Positions 30,280 to 39,810 of a stretch of DNA of 64,000 nt are shown here, one piece after another. Every line of letters begins with the position of its first letter. Positions within the stretch are counted from its first letter, which is position 1. Both the position numbers and the translations under genes were made by a program. The DNA lies in the NCBI GenBank assembly GCA_019058295.1, contig JAHPZI010000030.1:96001-160000 (forward strand), given 5' to 3'. The stretch comes from Promethearchaeota archaeon. GTDB lineage: Archaea; Asgardarchaeota; Lokiarchaeia; Sigyniarchaeales; SOKP01. The notes beneath the pieces were generated by a model. The model was not told the DNA's origin, made no database searches, and was given only the letters and a program-made list of their open reading frames with translations.

Positions 30280-30807
30280 TTACGATTCCTCCTTTATTTT
30301 ATCATCATATTCTCCATTGTCTATTCTCTCTTGAATGATTCTAGGATCCACACCCTCTACAGTTAGTCCTACGGATAAGGCTGTTCCTATTACTGTTTTA
30401 ACACAAGTTTTAAATGTCTTATCTAAAAAAATGTCTTTTTTAGCATTAGCTATTGAAATTATTTGGTCGAGTGTTAAATTGCCAATCTTGTCCTCCCCTG
30501 GATTTGAAGCCCCTTTCTCAACACCAACTTCTTTTAGCAATAATGATGCTGTCGAAGGAGTTTCTACAAATATTTCAAATTGCTTTGTTTCAGGATTGCA
30601 TTCAATCCTCACTGGAACAGTTAATCCTTTAAACATCATAGTTTGTTCATTTACAGCATCAACAACATCTTTGATATTAATCCCCGTAGGACCTTTGACT
30701 AAGTAATTCGAGTTGATTTACTTTACAACCGGTCCTATGGGAGGTCCCCCGCTTGCCGCTCCACCTTTCACCAGCGCTTGTACTACCACTATACCTTTTT
30801 CGCTCAT
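30280..30807 (-). CDS. rpl11: Ribosomal protein uL11, split gene: exon 1 30807-30725, exon 2 30694-30280 (165 aa spliced)
   Basis: Spliced MSEKGIVVVQALVKGGAASGGPPIGPVVGPTGINIKDVVDAVNEQTMMFKGLTVPV..; first gene of rpl11-rpl1-rpl10-rpl12; the ORF track only shows the C-terminal part. Confidence 0.93.
30695..30724 (-). other. 30-nt BHB intron in rpl11 pre-mRNA
   Basis: UAGGACC-GGUU-GU^A-AAGUAA..UUACUU-AGUC-AA^A-GGUCCUA forms a full helix-bulge-helix-bulge-helix; contains an in-frame UAA. Confidence 0.9.
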
Positions 30808-31047
30808 ATTTATCCTACAATTTTTTTTGTTATTTTTATTCAAAACCTGTTTCTAAAGGTCAAGGAACGCAAATAAAATGCTAACAGTATAATTTCTTAC
30901 TTTTCAATATCTTGACTATATTGAAACCGCTTTATTGCGTCCTAAGTCCTTCAAAAAAGATATTTTGAACTTAGTGTGTTGTAGAGTGAATTAAAATTAA
31001 AAAGTTTTATTAAAAATTTTCTTTAATTAGAAAAATAGGAATTGTAT

Positions 31048-31233
31048 TTAAAATTTGCAACATAATCTACGACCGTGGTCGAGATTGTTTCTTAAATATT
31101 CATTTGCTAAAATATCCATAACTTTATCATAATCGAGATTCAGTTTTTCCACAATATCTTCAATCTGAACTCCAGGTGTAGAGATTAATGTAAAAATTTC
31201 TTTTTTAATTTCTTCACTAACTTCTTCTGTCAT
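31048..31233 (-). CDS. Small HTH-like protein
   Basis: 61 aa, IEDIVEKLNLDYDKVMDIL helix-turn-helix pattern. Confidence 0.55.
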   Translation of the reverse strand: MTEEVSEEIKKEIFTLISTPGVQIEDIVEKLNLDYDKVMDILANEYLRNNLDHGRRLCCKF

Positions 31234-31294
31234 TAAGTTGTAGATCTTTTTTCCGTATTTTAATTTTTAGTTTACATTTAATAAATAGAATAAA

Positions 31295-32362
31295 TTAATT
31301 AGAACTCTTCCTTTTTCCTTCAAACATAGCTTTCCCTAACTCAAGAACTCTTTCAAAGGGCTCTTCTTGGTCTTCTCTTAAATGTAAAGTTATAGCTTCT
31401 TCTGGACAGACTCCAGCACATAAACCACAACCGAGACACATCTCTCTATTAACAGTAGCAATTTCATCTAATGTAATTGCGTCGACAGGACACCTTTCAA
31501 CGCAGTTTCCACAGCCAACACATAATTCTTGGTCAATTATAGATTCAAATAAGGCATTTAGGTACATGTGTTTATCGTATCCCTTTTTTGTGATTCCTTT
31601 CATGGTAGCACAACAGCAAGGGCAACAGTTACAGATATTTGATAAATGTTTAGAATTAACTCCTGCATGAACTAATCCTGCCTTATCAGTTTCTTCAATA
31701 ATTTTTATACATTCTTCCGGAGTAATTTCTCGTGCCCATCCATTTTCAATATAATATTCAGCAGCTGCTCCGAAGGCCAAACAAGTTTCTTCCATCGGAT
31801 AATCACATCCCTCTCCGAGTAATCGGGCTTCTTTTCGGCAGACACAATCATAAACTGCTATTTTTCTAGCATTTTTTATACTCTTCTTGAGTTCATGATA
31901 TGGATAGAGGACCGTGTTAGCTTCAATTGATTCATCTACAGGAAGTACTTTGAATCCTGGTACATTGCTCGCTCCCATTTCATCCACTATAGCTAAATCA
32001 TAATACTCTTTAAACATTTTTGCAAGATCCTTATCGATTTTATTTACAGAATATTCATACAATCCAATCATGTAAGGTGCTGAATTATAAAGTATTTTAC
32101 CCCCCCTTTGGACTCTAAATATGAGCCCTTTTTTAGACATCGATTCTAATTTTTTTTCCATTTCCTTTTTATCCATTTTAGCGCGTCTTGCAATTCTGGC
32201 AGCCGTATTTGGTAATGGAGTTAACAATACGGTAATCTTAGCTTCTTCCTCCGTAAAAAGTCTTTTTAAAATCTTGATTTCAATCCCAGTTGATGTTTTA
32301 GGGAATCCTATAGGGAAATGATCTAAATATTCTCTTAATTTTAAATAGGGGTTATCAGACAT
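31295..32362 (-). CDS. 4Fe-4S dicluster (ferredoxin-type) protein with N-terminal winged helix
   Basis: CVCR, ICNCCPCCC, two CxxCxxCxxxCP motifs. Confidence 0.9.
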   Translation of the reverse strand: MSDNPYLKLREYLDHFPIGFPKTSTGIEIKILKRLFTEEEAKITVLLTPLPNTAARIARRAKMDKKEMEKKLESMSKKGLIFRVQRGGKILYNSAPYMIGLYEYSVNKIDKDLAKMFKEYYDLAIVDEMGASNVPGFKVLPVDESIEANTVLYPYHELKKSIKNARKIAVYDCVCRKEARLLGEGCDYPMEETCLAFGAAAEYYIENGWAREITPEECIKIIEETDKAGLVHAGVNSKHLSNICNCCPCCCATMKGITKKGYDKHMYLNALFESIIDQELCVGCGNCVERCPVDAITLDEIATVNREMCLGCGLCAGVCPEEAITLHLREDQEEPFERVLELGKAMFEGKRKSSN

Positions 32363-32535
32363 TTATTCAATCCTTAGTTTGCTTTAAATCGATATATATT
32401 ATTCTTCGAGTAATTAGAACTTGATAATAAAAATTTCTTTTAAGTTAAATAATATGTTATATTTTGTATTAATTATTCCAACTATTATAGAAAATGCTTT
32501 AAAATAAATTCTTTTAATTCTAAAAGAGCTTATAA

Positions 32536-33441
32536 ATGATGATAACAAAGGTTATTTTTGATTGCGATAATACTATGGGAAAGATTGGTTGGGAGTTAGA
32601 TGATGGACTCGCTCTCTTTTATATTCTTGGTTCCTCCGATCTCAAGCTTTTAGGAATTACAACCGTATTTGGTAATGGAAAAATTGAAAATGTTATGCGA
32701 TATACAAAAAATCTTCTAAAGGTCATAGGTAGAGAGGATATCCCATTGAAAATAGGAGCAAACAGGAGAGGTGCCGCTCCCACTGAAGCCGCACATTTCC
32801 TTGCTAACAATGCTGCTTCTAATCCGGGAGAGATAGTCATATTAGCAGTAGGTACACTAGGGAATTTACAAGCGGCAGCTCAAATTGATCCTAACTTTTT
32901 TCGAAATTTAAAAGAAGTAATCTTGATGGGGGGTCATATTGAGCATCCATTTAAAATGGGGAATTTAATTCTTCCTGATGTGAATTTAAGACGCGATCCT
33001 AAAGCAACTTTCCGTGTTTTTCATGCAGAGTGCCCTGTAACAGTGATAAATAGTGAAATTTGTAAACAAGTTCCGTTTACAAAAGAACATTTTGAAAGAG
33101 TTAATTTTTGGCCTAAGAATATTAAGCACCTTATTGAAAGCCTTTTCTCAACGTACAATGAACATACTGGCCTTGATCTTATCTACATATGGGATGTCCT
33201 TGTACCTGTCTTTCTTAATCATCCGGACCTTTTTGATAAAAATCAGGTTCGAATTATTGCATCAAACGTGAAAGATATTAAAGAAGGACATTTAAAACTC
33301 ACTGACGATGAAGAGGGTGTATTGATAAATATGCCCTCCAAAATTATTGATCCAAATTTGTTCATGAATATCGTCATTGAAGCTTGGTTGCGGTTACATA
33401 ATATTACAATGGAAAAGAATAAAGGTTATTTAGATATCTAA
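32536..33441 (+). CDS. Inosine/uridine-preferring nucleoside hydrolase family protein
   Basis: FDCDNT.G..DDG.AL, GITT.FGN, G.L.NL, MGG, WD. Confidence 0.88.
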   Translation: MMITKVIFDCDNTMGKIGWELDDGLALFYILGSSDLKLLGITTVFGNGKIENVMRYTKNLLKVIGREDIPLKIGANRRGAAPTEAAHFLANNAASNPGEIVILAVGTLGNLQAAAQIDPNFFRNLKEVILMGGHIEHPFKMGNLILPDVNLRRDPKATFRVFHAECPVTVINSEICKQVPFTKEHFERVNFWPKNIKHLIESLFSTYNEHTGLDLIYIWDVLVPVFLNHPDLFDKNQVRIIASNVKDIKEGHLKLTDDEEGVLINMPSKIIDPNLFMNIVIEAWLRLHNITMEKNKGYLDI

Positions 33442-33470
33442 ATCACAAATAGTTTTAAATATTAAATTAT

Positions 33471-34154
33471 TTAATCTCCTTCTAAGAGTACTTTATTAGT
33501 AAGTGTTCCTATTTTTTCAATAGTGGCCTCAATTAGATCTCCTGGTTTAATAGCCCCTATTCCTCCAGGTGTACCCGTAGCTATAATATCTCCCGGTTCC
33601 ATCGTGAAAAATTGTGAGATAAATTCAAGTATTTCTGGAATCTTGAATAGTAAATGTTTCGTATTTGAAGATTGTTTAACTTCTCCATTTACTTTTAATT
33701 CGATATTTAGATTATGAGGGTCTTCTATGTCTTCAACAATTCTAGGACCAATAGGACCAAACGTATCTAGTGATTTCGATCTGAACCATGGTTGTTGCGA
33801 AGATATATCTTTTATTTGCATTTTTCTAGCTGTCACATCATTAAAAACAGTATACCCCAAGATATGATTGTAGACTTCACTAGAAGGGACGTTTTTACAT
33901 TTATCTTTTATAATGAATGCTAATTCTACTTCGTAATCAACTCTGTTGTATTTGCGATTATTGTATAATAATTTTGGATAAATAATTGGTTCTCCATCTG
34001 TTATAAGACAATTTAGAGTTTTGGGAAAAATAAGAGGTTCTTTTGGAACTTCTCTCTTGGTTTCCTCAATATGATCCATATAATTAGTACCTAAACATAT
34101 AATTTTCGTCGGATTAATTGTGTTATTTCCAATTTGTATCATTTTTTTCAACAA
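33471..34154 (-). CDS. Fumarylacetoacetate hydrolase family protein
   Basis: C.G.NY.DH, DYEVEL, NDVTAR, KS.DTF.P.GP, PGD.I.TGTP.G. Confidence 0.95.
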   Translation of the reverse strand: MLKKMIQIGNNTINPTKIICLGTNYMDHIEETKREVPKEPLIFPKTLNCLITDGEPIIYPKLLYNNRKYNRVDYEVELAFIIKDKCKNVPSSEVYNHILGYTVFNDVTARKMQIKDISSQQPWFRSKSLDTFGPIGPRIVEDIEDPHNLNIELKVNGEVKQSSNTKHLLFKIPEILEFISQFFTMEPGDIIATGTPGGIGAIKPGDLIEATIEKIGTLTNKVLLEGD

Positions 34155-34250
34155 ATAATAACTATTTTATAAGATGTAAAAACTTCATACAAATTTAAAA
34201 AATATTAAAATAAGTTTAATAATTAATTTACAAAATTTAAAGTAAATCAT

Positions 34251-34841
34251 GTGAAAACTATGGATGAAGAAAGTTCCGATCAAGTGGAAGAAAGAGCTGG
34301 AGAAAAAACAGTCCTACAAACAACTCTCACTAAAAGAGTAGCGACTGCTGGTATATTTATCGCAGTTGGATTAATTTTAAGTTATCTAAATCCTTTTGCC
34401 TATTTCACCATATTTGGTACTAAGATCAATCCTTTTGTACATTTTATTAATGCTATAGCAGGAGTTTTGATTGGAATGTCATTTGGTTGCATGGTTGCTT
34501 TGGGGATTGCTATTTTGCGTTTTGTTTTAGGAATAGGTACAATCCACGCTTTCCATGGAGGGATATCTGGAGCTTTTGTCGTCGGTTTATCTGCATATAT
34601 TTTGCGAAAAAAATATCCTAAACACGTAGAATTAGCAGCTTTAACTGAACCAATAGGCACGGTATTTATAGGAGGTACAATTGCACAATTAATTGCACCA
34701 CTCGGAGGTATTGAGGGCTTATTTATATATTGGGGTTTATTTGCTATGAGCTGTATCCCTGGCTGCATTTTAGGCTATTTAATATTAAGAATCTTAAAAA
34801 GAGCAGATATCACATGGGAAGATTATTTTCCGAGAGTTTAA
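34251..34841 (+). CDS. thiW: ECF transporter S-component, ThiW-like
   Basis: PF.H.IN.IAGVL.G, LR..LG.GT..AF.G, E.IGT..IG. Confidence 0.85.
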   Translation: MKTMDEESSDQVEERAGEKTVLQTTLTKRVATAGIFIAVGLILSYLNPFAYFTIFGTKINPFVHFINAIAGVLIGMSFGCMVALGIAILRFVLGIGTIHAFHGGISGAFVVGLSAYILRKKYPKHVELAALTEPIGTVFIGGTIAQLIAPLGGIEGLFIYWGLFAMSCIPGCILGYLILRILKRADITWEDYFPRV

Positions 34842-35407
34842 ATTTCAACGAGTTTATTGACCATCAAACTATATTATATGGAGAAACTAACACAAAAAAA
34901 ACTTATTATACTGCTCGATTTGTCCAATTTCTTTTAAAAATTAAAAAATTTAATCCTAAAAACATAAGCATCTTAGATTTTGCCCCTAAGTTGTTTAAAT
35001 ATTATGACATAAAAATCGGCGGTAAAATAGACGATTTTTATCCTCAGAGTATAAAATGTAATAATATTACTTTTAAAGGAGAAATAATACCACCAAGGTT
35101 AAGGGCAAGTAATAAAAAAGAACTATTTGAAAATGCCTGTAAAAACTACAAAAAAACCCATGAGATATTAGAAATTTATGATGAAAACCCTACTTCAGTT
35201 CTTATAATTAATGATATCTCGATATATCTTCATCTAGGGAGTAAGAAACTTTTATTAGATGCAATTAAGAAAGCAAACACATTTTTTGGAAATACTTATT
35301 ATGGCACTTCAATAAAGCGTGATTTTACCAGTCTTTTTAGTTTAAAGGAAAAGTGTGTAGTTAAATCTCTAATTAAAAAGATTGAAAATTCATATTCTAC
35401 GGATTAA
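34730..35407 (+). CDS. Conserved hypothetical protein with a degenerate P-loop (start probably internal ATG, MGRLF)
   Basis: ILYGETNTKKT, LDFAP, IGG, PPRL, INDISIYLH.G. Confidence 0.6.
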   Translation: MGFICYELYPWLHFRLFNIKNLKKSRYHMGRLFSESLNFNEFIDHQTILYGETNTKKTYYTARFVQFLLKIKKFNPKNISILDFAPKLFKYYDIKIGGKIDDFYPQSIKCNNITFKGEIIPPRLRASNKKELFENACKNYKKTHEILEIYDENPTSVLIINDISIYLHLGSKKLLLDAIKKANTFFGNTYYGTSIKRDFTSLFSLKEKCVVKSLIKKIENSYSTD

Positions 35408-35552
35408 AAGCTTTAAAACATATCTATTTTTCTTATTTTTTTTAAAGTTCGTCACTAATTTAATTATCCTTAAGGTTCAAAAAACATAAAAAGAAATTTT
35501 CTATTTTTCCTTTATTTCATTATCAAGTGTATGAAGTCAAAAAGAAAATTTT

Positions 35553-36401
35553 TTACTTGAGTTCCCTACCACAACTAGTACAGTATTTAGCTCCTGGTTT
35601 TACATTAATCCCACAAGCAGGACAGTAAATAATCGAGGAATCCGACAGTGTTGATACTGGAGTAAGCTGGGTGGCTGATGCAGCCGGTTGTACCCTTATA
35701 GATAGGGATGAACGAGGAGGTGCCGGGGCTATATTATCTTCTGTTAAATTATATAGATAAAATATTAACAGAATAAATCCAATTATTCTAAAAATTCCAC
35801 TTAATGATCTTAAGATAAACCAGAGCGGTATAATTACATCTATAATAGCACCAACCATACATAAAATAGCACCCGCTTTCGCATTATTAGCTGGTAAAAT
35901 AAGTGATAAACCAGAGCTTAAGCGAACCCAGGCAACAATCTCCAATATAGCAGCAATAAATAATACAATTAAACTAATTCCCATACAAATTGCTCCGAAG
36001 ACAATCAAATAGGAAGAGGTCGTTCCATACCTAGTAGACGAAATACTTGTTAATATATAAATTGCATTTAACTGGACAAAAAATCCAATGATCCGTAATA
36101 TTGATAATGCAATCATTTTAGAGCGAAAACTAAGGAGCTCACTATTAAGATGAGCATCAGCAATATTTTTAATATTCCCTAACATAAATAGAAAAATAAA
36201 CCATATCAAAATTTGTAAATAAATCCCATAGTACAACCACCTACTATAATTTAAATTATAAAAAATCAAATAAACCGAATGAGTAAGTAAATAAATAGTA
36301 AAGATTAAGAAAAAAACGGATGAAATGACTGTTAAAATTAATATAGGGATTAATTTATTACCAAATTTTCGAAATTGGGTTGTTATTTCTTGATTGGACA
36401 T
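35553..36401 (-). CDS. Multi-TM protein with C-terminal zinc ribbon
   Basis: About six TM helices; CPACG..AKYCTSCG. Confidence 0.8.
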   Translation of the reverse strand: MSNQEITTQFRKFGNKLIPILILTVISSVFFLIFTIYLLTHSVYLIFYNLNYSRWLYYGIYLQILIWFIFLFMLGNIKNIADAHLNSELLSFRSKMIALSILRIIGFFVQLNAIYILTSISSTRYGTTSSYLIVFGAICMGISLIVLFIAAILEIVAWVRLSSGLSLILPANNAKAGAILCMVGAIIDVIIPLWFILRSLSGIFRIIGFILLIFYLYNLTEDNIAPAPPRSSLSIRVQPAASATQLTPVSTLSDSSIIYCPACGINVKPGAKYCTSCGRELK

Positions 36402-36599
36402 TTTAATCTTGTCTTAATGTTTAGTCTTTTATTTTGTCTTATTATAAATATAATTTCATCCTATAATTTATAAAACTTTTCACAAATAAATCCTATTTAA
36501 AGTTTAGGAAGTTAATAATAATAAGATTCAAATGATATTTAACATAATAATTGTTTAAACAAATTCTATAATTAAAAAACTTAATGTAATTGGTGTTTA

Positions 36600-37064
36600 T
36601 TATATCAATTCCTTATTCAAAATTATTTTGCTAAAAAAAATCTCTCCATTAACAATTTCAAATGGAATTCTCTTATTTTCAATCCAATCCTCTCCAAAAA
36701 TTGTATAATATTCCCTATATTTATCATTAGATATAATAAGTCCATGATTTTCAAATGAAAGTTGTAAAACATAAAGATCTGCTTTAATCTCTTTTGGAGA
36801 GATGATTATTTCTTTTTTTTTTATATAACCAATAAATTCATCTCGCTTATCAATACAATATTTTAGTGATTCATCACAAATAATTCTATTTTGCTTAACT
36901 CCATATTTATTGAGTTTTTTTCTAATATTTAGAATATTAGAAAGTTTAGGTTTATTATTTTTATCTCTTTCTTCAAAAGCGACATTAGATCCATCAATTA
37001 TTGTATATGGATTTAATAACTCGTATTTTTTATCATTTTTACCATCAAACACTATAACTGTCAT
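36600..37064 (-). CDS. NYN/PIN ribonuclease, Zc3h12a (Regnase)-like
   Basis: IIDGSNVA, AD.Y.L, IISNDKYREY acidic catalytic set. Confidence 0.85.
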   Translation of the reverse strand: MTVIVFDGKNDKKYELLNPYTIIDGSNVAFEERDKNNKPKLSNILNIRKKLNKYGVKQNRIICDESLKYCIDKRDEFIGYIKKKEIIISPKEIKADLYVLQLSFENHGLIISNDKYREYYTIFGEDWIENKRIPFEIVNGEIFFSKIILNKELI

Positions 37065-37088
37065 ATATCAACCTCTCTTCGTTCGTTT

Positions 37089-39650
37089 CTATTCTCTCTC
37101 TCTTGATTGTTTCATTGCTTTTTCTAATGTGTCTCTTTTTTCAATTGCCTTTTTTCTTATATTTTTTGCTAAATTTACCAAATATTTAGATTTTGAGTTT
37201 TCTCCCAATATTATTGTGTAATCCATTAGTGTATTCAAATTTATATAAAGATTAATCAAATTCCCTGTTTTAATTGAAAAACCTGGTCTCTTCAATTTAG
37301 ATTTACTTATTTTAATGTAATATTCCATTCTCGATTCTAAATCCAGTCTATTAATTTCGTATTTTTCTAAATATTCGGGATTTTGATGATAGGATTCTGC
37401 ATTTACTATTGCTTTTAAAAATTTAAAATAAAATAAAGGAAAAATTTGTTCAAAATCAACGTAGTATTCTCCAGTAAAAAATGGGCTCGTTTCGCTCTCT
37501 TTAATGCTATCAAAATATTGCTTAAAAAGATCAAAAGAAAGTAAAAAATTGTGCTCTCTATTAAATTTAATTCTCGATGATAGTTCTATGATATCATACG
37601 CATTATCTAAAAGAATTTGAATTTTATTTGGTATTTTTTTAACCACTTTCCCATATTGTTCAATTTCTTTGATTGGATTTTCATTTAACTCAATTAAAAT
37701 CTCTTTTCTTATTAAATCTAATTTTAAAAAATTTAATTTCAATTGATTCAATTCTAAAATAATAATTTCTATAAAAGTCTGATTTTTTCGAAAATTAGGA
37801 TTTTTTTTTAATTGAGAAATGTGATAGATATCGAGATCCTCAATTCTTAAATCGTCAATAAATTTAAATTCTTCATTAATTTTATTTAGTCTAATCTTAT
37901 ATGCTGTCTGGATTTTCTTTTCTAATTCATAAACTCTTTCAGATAGATCTGAATAATCTCCTTTACATCTTTGAATTTTTAGCATCTCTACATTGAATTT
38001 AAACAAATTCCTTTCTGATTTACTCTCTATTTCATTACCCTCTGAAAAAATAATTAATGCTTTGTCCAAATTCCACATCTTAAAATAGATCTCTCCTAAA
38101 TAATAGAGAATCTGTGAATAAATAATTGATTGATCTTTTAAGGGCTCAGGATATGATGAGTATATTTTTTTAAGTATTTTCTTAGCCACATCAAATTGTC
38201 TATCAGTATAGTAGAACATTGCTTCCTCATACTCTAACATAACATCATACGATTCTTTTGTATAATCATTAGTTGCTAAACTAATCTGCGTAATATCTTT
38301 TTTAATCTTGATATAATTAATCTCTCGCTCTGGTGGGATTATTCTAAATTCTTCACCCCCTCCTGGTTTTAGCCTTTCTCTTTTCTCAAAATTATTGATT
38401 TTGGTTGCTATTTTATCGAATTTATTATAAAATGTTCCTTGAGAAACTTTTAATTGTTTTTGATATTTATCGAAAAATTCCTTTTTACTTCTAAAACCTG
38501 CATCATCATCTTCTATACCATTCTTAATATCTTTATTATATTCCTTTAAAAATAGGCTATATACTTTATCTAGAGTTAACTTCTTTTTTTTCGGTATTTT
38601 ATATTCAATTTTTTTTTCTGGAGTGAGTTTTTCATAAAGTATATCTTCAGCTTTCAAAAACAAATCTTTTCCTTTTACTAGAAAATCTTTTAGTTCATTT
38701 TCAAATGCATCATAGTAAGATTTTGGATTTAGGATATTAGAGTATCTTTCAATGATGATTTTAATTTCTTTTAGATTGTTTGCTAGAAATGAAAAGAGTT
38801 CATGAGCAGAATTATGTAATAAGTTCAAGTAAAATGCTTTAAATTCAATAGGGGGAAAGATCCTTTTCTCAGGACTGGAATTCGAAAATGGATCAAATGT
38901 TATTTCATTCTGAACGATATTATAGTAATTGTTTATTATATTCCCATATTTCAAATCATCAGATATGTAAACTTCTCTGCTAGCATACTCTTGATCTACT
39001 TCATTATACCCTAATTCGCTTAAATAATTAATAAGTTCATACATTATTATAAAAGAATGATAATATTCATTAATAAATTCCATAGAGAATTCCTGATTAG
39101 CACTTGGATAATTTACAGTCAAGTTGATTAAAATAAGAAAGTTAAAATTAATACTCTTGTTTAATCTTAAATGTAGATTAATTTTTAATGGCCCATTTTC
39201 AAAAAATTCAAAACTATAAAGATTAAATTTTTGGAATTTTGTCAAATCTTCATTGGATAGTATTCTTGGAGATTTCTTTAAAATATTCAGCTTTTCATAT
39301 TCTATATCTTTTTCTTTTAACTTATTATCTTTTATAGATTGTTCAAATGCGGAACTGATTTGACTGTGCTTTAAAACAAAATCTATAACAGATAAATTTT
39401 CTGAGTCTTTGAGAATTAACTTCCAATTTGATTTTTTCGATTGATAATTAAGATAGGAATTATAAAAATTAATCGCGTAATTATCGAGTTCCTGCCAATT
39501 ATTCTGCAAATACTGCCAGAACTCATCTAAATATAAATCTAGAAACTTTATTTCTCGCTCTTCAAATGGGATTTCTTTATTTTCTTCAATATTAACTTCG
39601 AAAATATCCTCTAAAGATTGTATAAATTTATCAATATTTTTTACCATCAT
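37089..39650 (-). CDS. Large hypothetical protein with central winged-HTH-like and TPR-like segments
   Basis: 853 aa; VSQGTFYNKF...GGGEEFRI; AMFYY..F..AKKIL and YYLGEIY....L.KAL helices. Confidence 0.65.
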   Translation of the reverse strand: MMVKNIDKFIQSLEDIFEVNIEENKEIPFEEREIKFLDLYLDEFWQYLQNNWQELDNYAINFYNSYLNYQSKKSNWKLILKDSENLSVIDFVLKHSQISSAFEQSIKDNKLKEKDIEYEKLNILKKSPRILSNEDLTKFQKFNLYSFEFFENGPLKINLHLRLNKSINFNFLILINLTVNYPSANQEFSMEFINEYYHSFIIMYELINYLSELGYNEVDQEYASREVYISDDLKYGNIINNYYNIVQNEITFDPFSNSSPEKRIFPPIEFKAFYLNLLHNSAHELFSFLANNLKEIKIIIERYSNILNPKSYYDAFENELKDFLVKGKDLFLKAEDILYEKLTPEKKIEYKIPKKKKLTLDKVYSLFLKEYNKDIKNGIEDDDAGFRSKKEFFDKYQKQLKVSQGTFYNKFDKIATKINNFEKRERLKPGGGEEFRIIPPEREINYIKIKKDITQISLATNDYTKESYDVMLEYEEAMFYYTDRQFDVAKKILKKIYSSYPEPLKDQSIIYSQILYYLGEIYFKMWNLDKALIIFSEGNEIESKSERNLFKFNVEMLKIQRCKGDYSDLSERVYELEKKIQTAYKIRLNKINEEFKFIDDLRIEDLDIYHISQLKKNPNFRKNQTFIEIIILELNQLKLNFLKLDLIRKEILIELNENPIKEIEQYGKVVKKIPNKIQILLDNAYDIIELSSRIKFNREHNFLLSFDLFKQYFDSIKESETSPFFTGEYYVDFEQIFPLFYFKFLKAIVNAESYHQNPEYLEKYEINRLDLESRMEYYIKISKSKLKRPGFSIKTGNLINLYINLNTLMDYTIILGENSKSKYLVNLAKNIRKKAIEKRDTLEKAMKQSRERE

Positions 39651-39810
39651 AATTAAGATTTATACGTTTTGGAGACTTTATAAATCCTTTTGATTATAGT
39701 TTATAAACCTAATATTTCCAAATATAAACCTATAAACTAAATATTTTTTATCTTTAAATTAAACATATTTAGCATTAAATAAAACCAAAATAAGAATAAT
39801 ATATTAGGTT

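Noticed and set aside
30280-30639. ORF-track 119-aa uL11 as a genuinely N-truncated protein or pseudogene
   Set aside because: The intact N-terminus is encoded at 30807-30725 in the same frame, and the interruption is a canonical BHB whose excision restores the motif length
29681-30706. 217-aa and 123-aa plus-strand ORFs
   Set aside because: Antisense shadows of rpl1 and rpl11; the same applies to the other short ORFs overlapping confident genes
30718-30720. Stop read-through or Sec recoding in rpl11
   Set aside because: The stop is TAA, not TGA, and read-through would insert 10 residues into the most conserved motif
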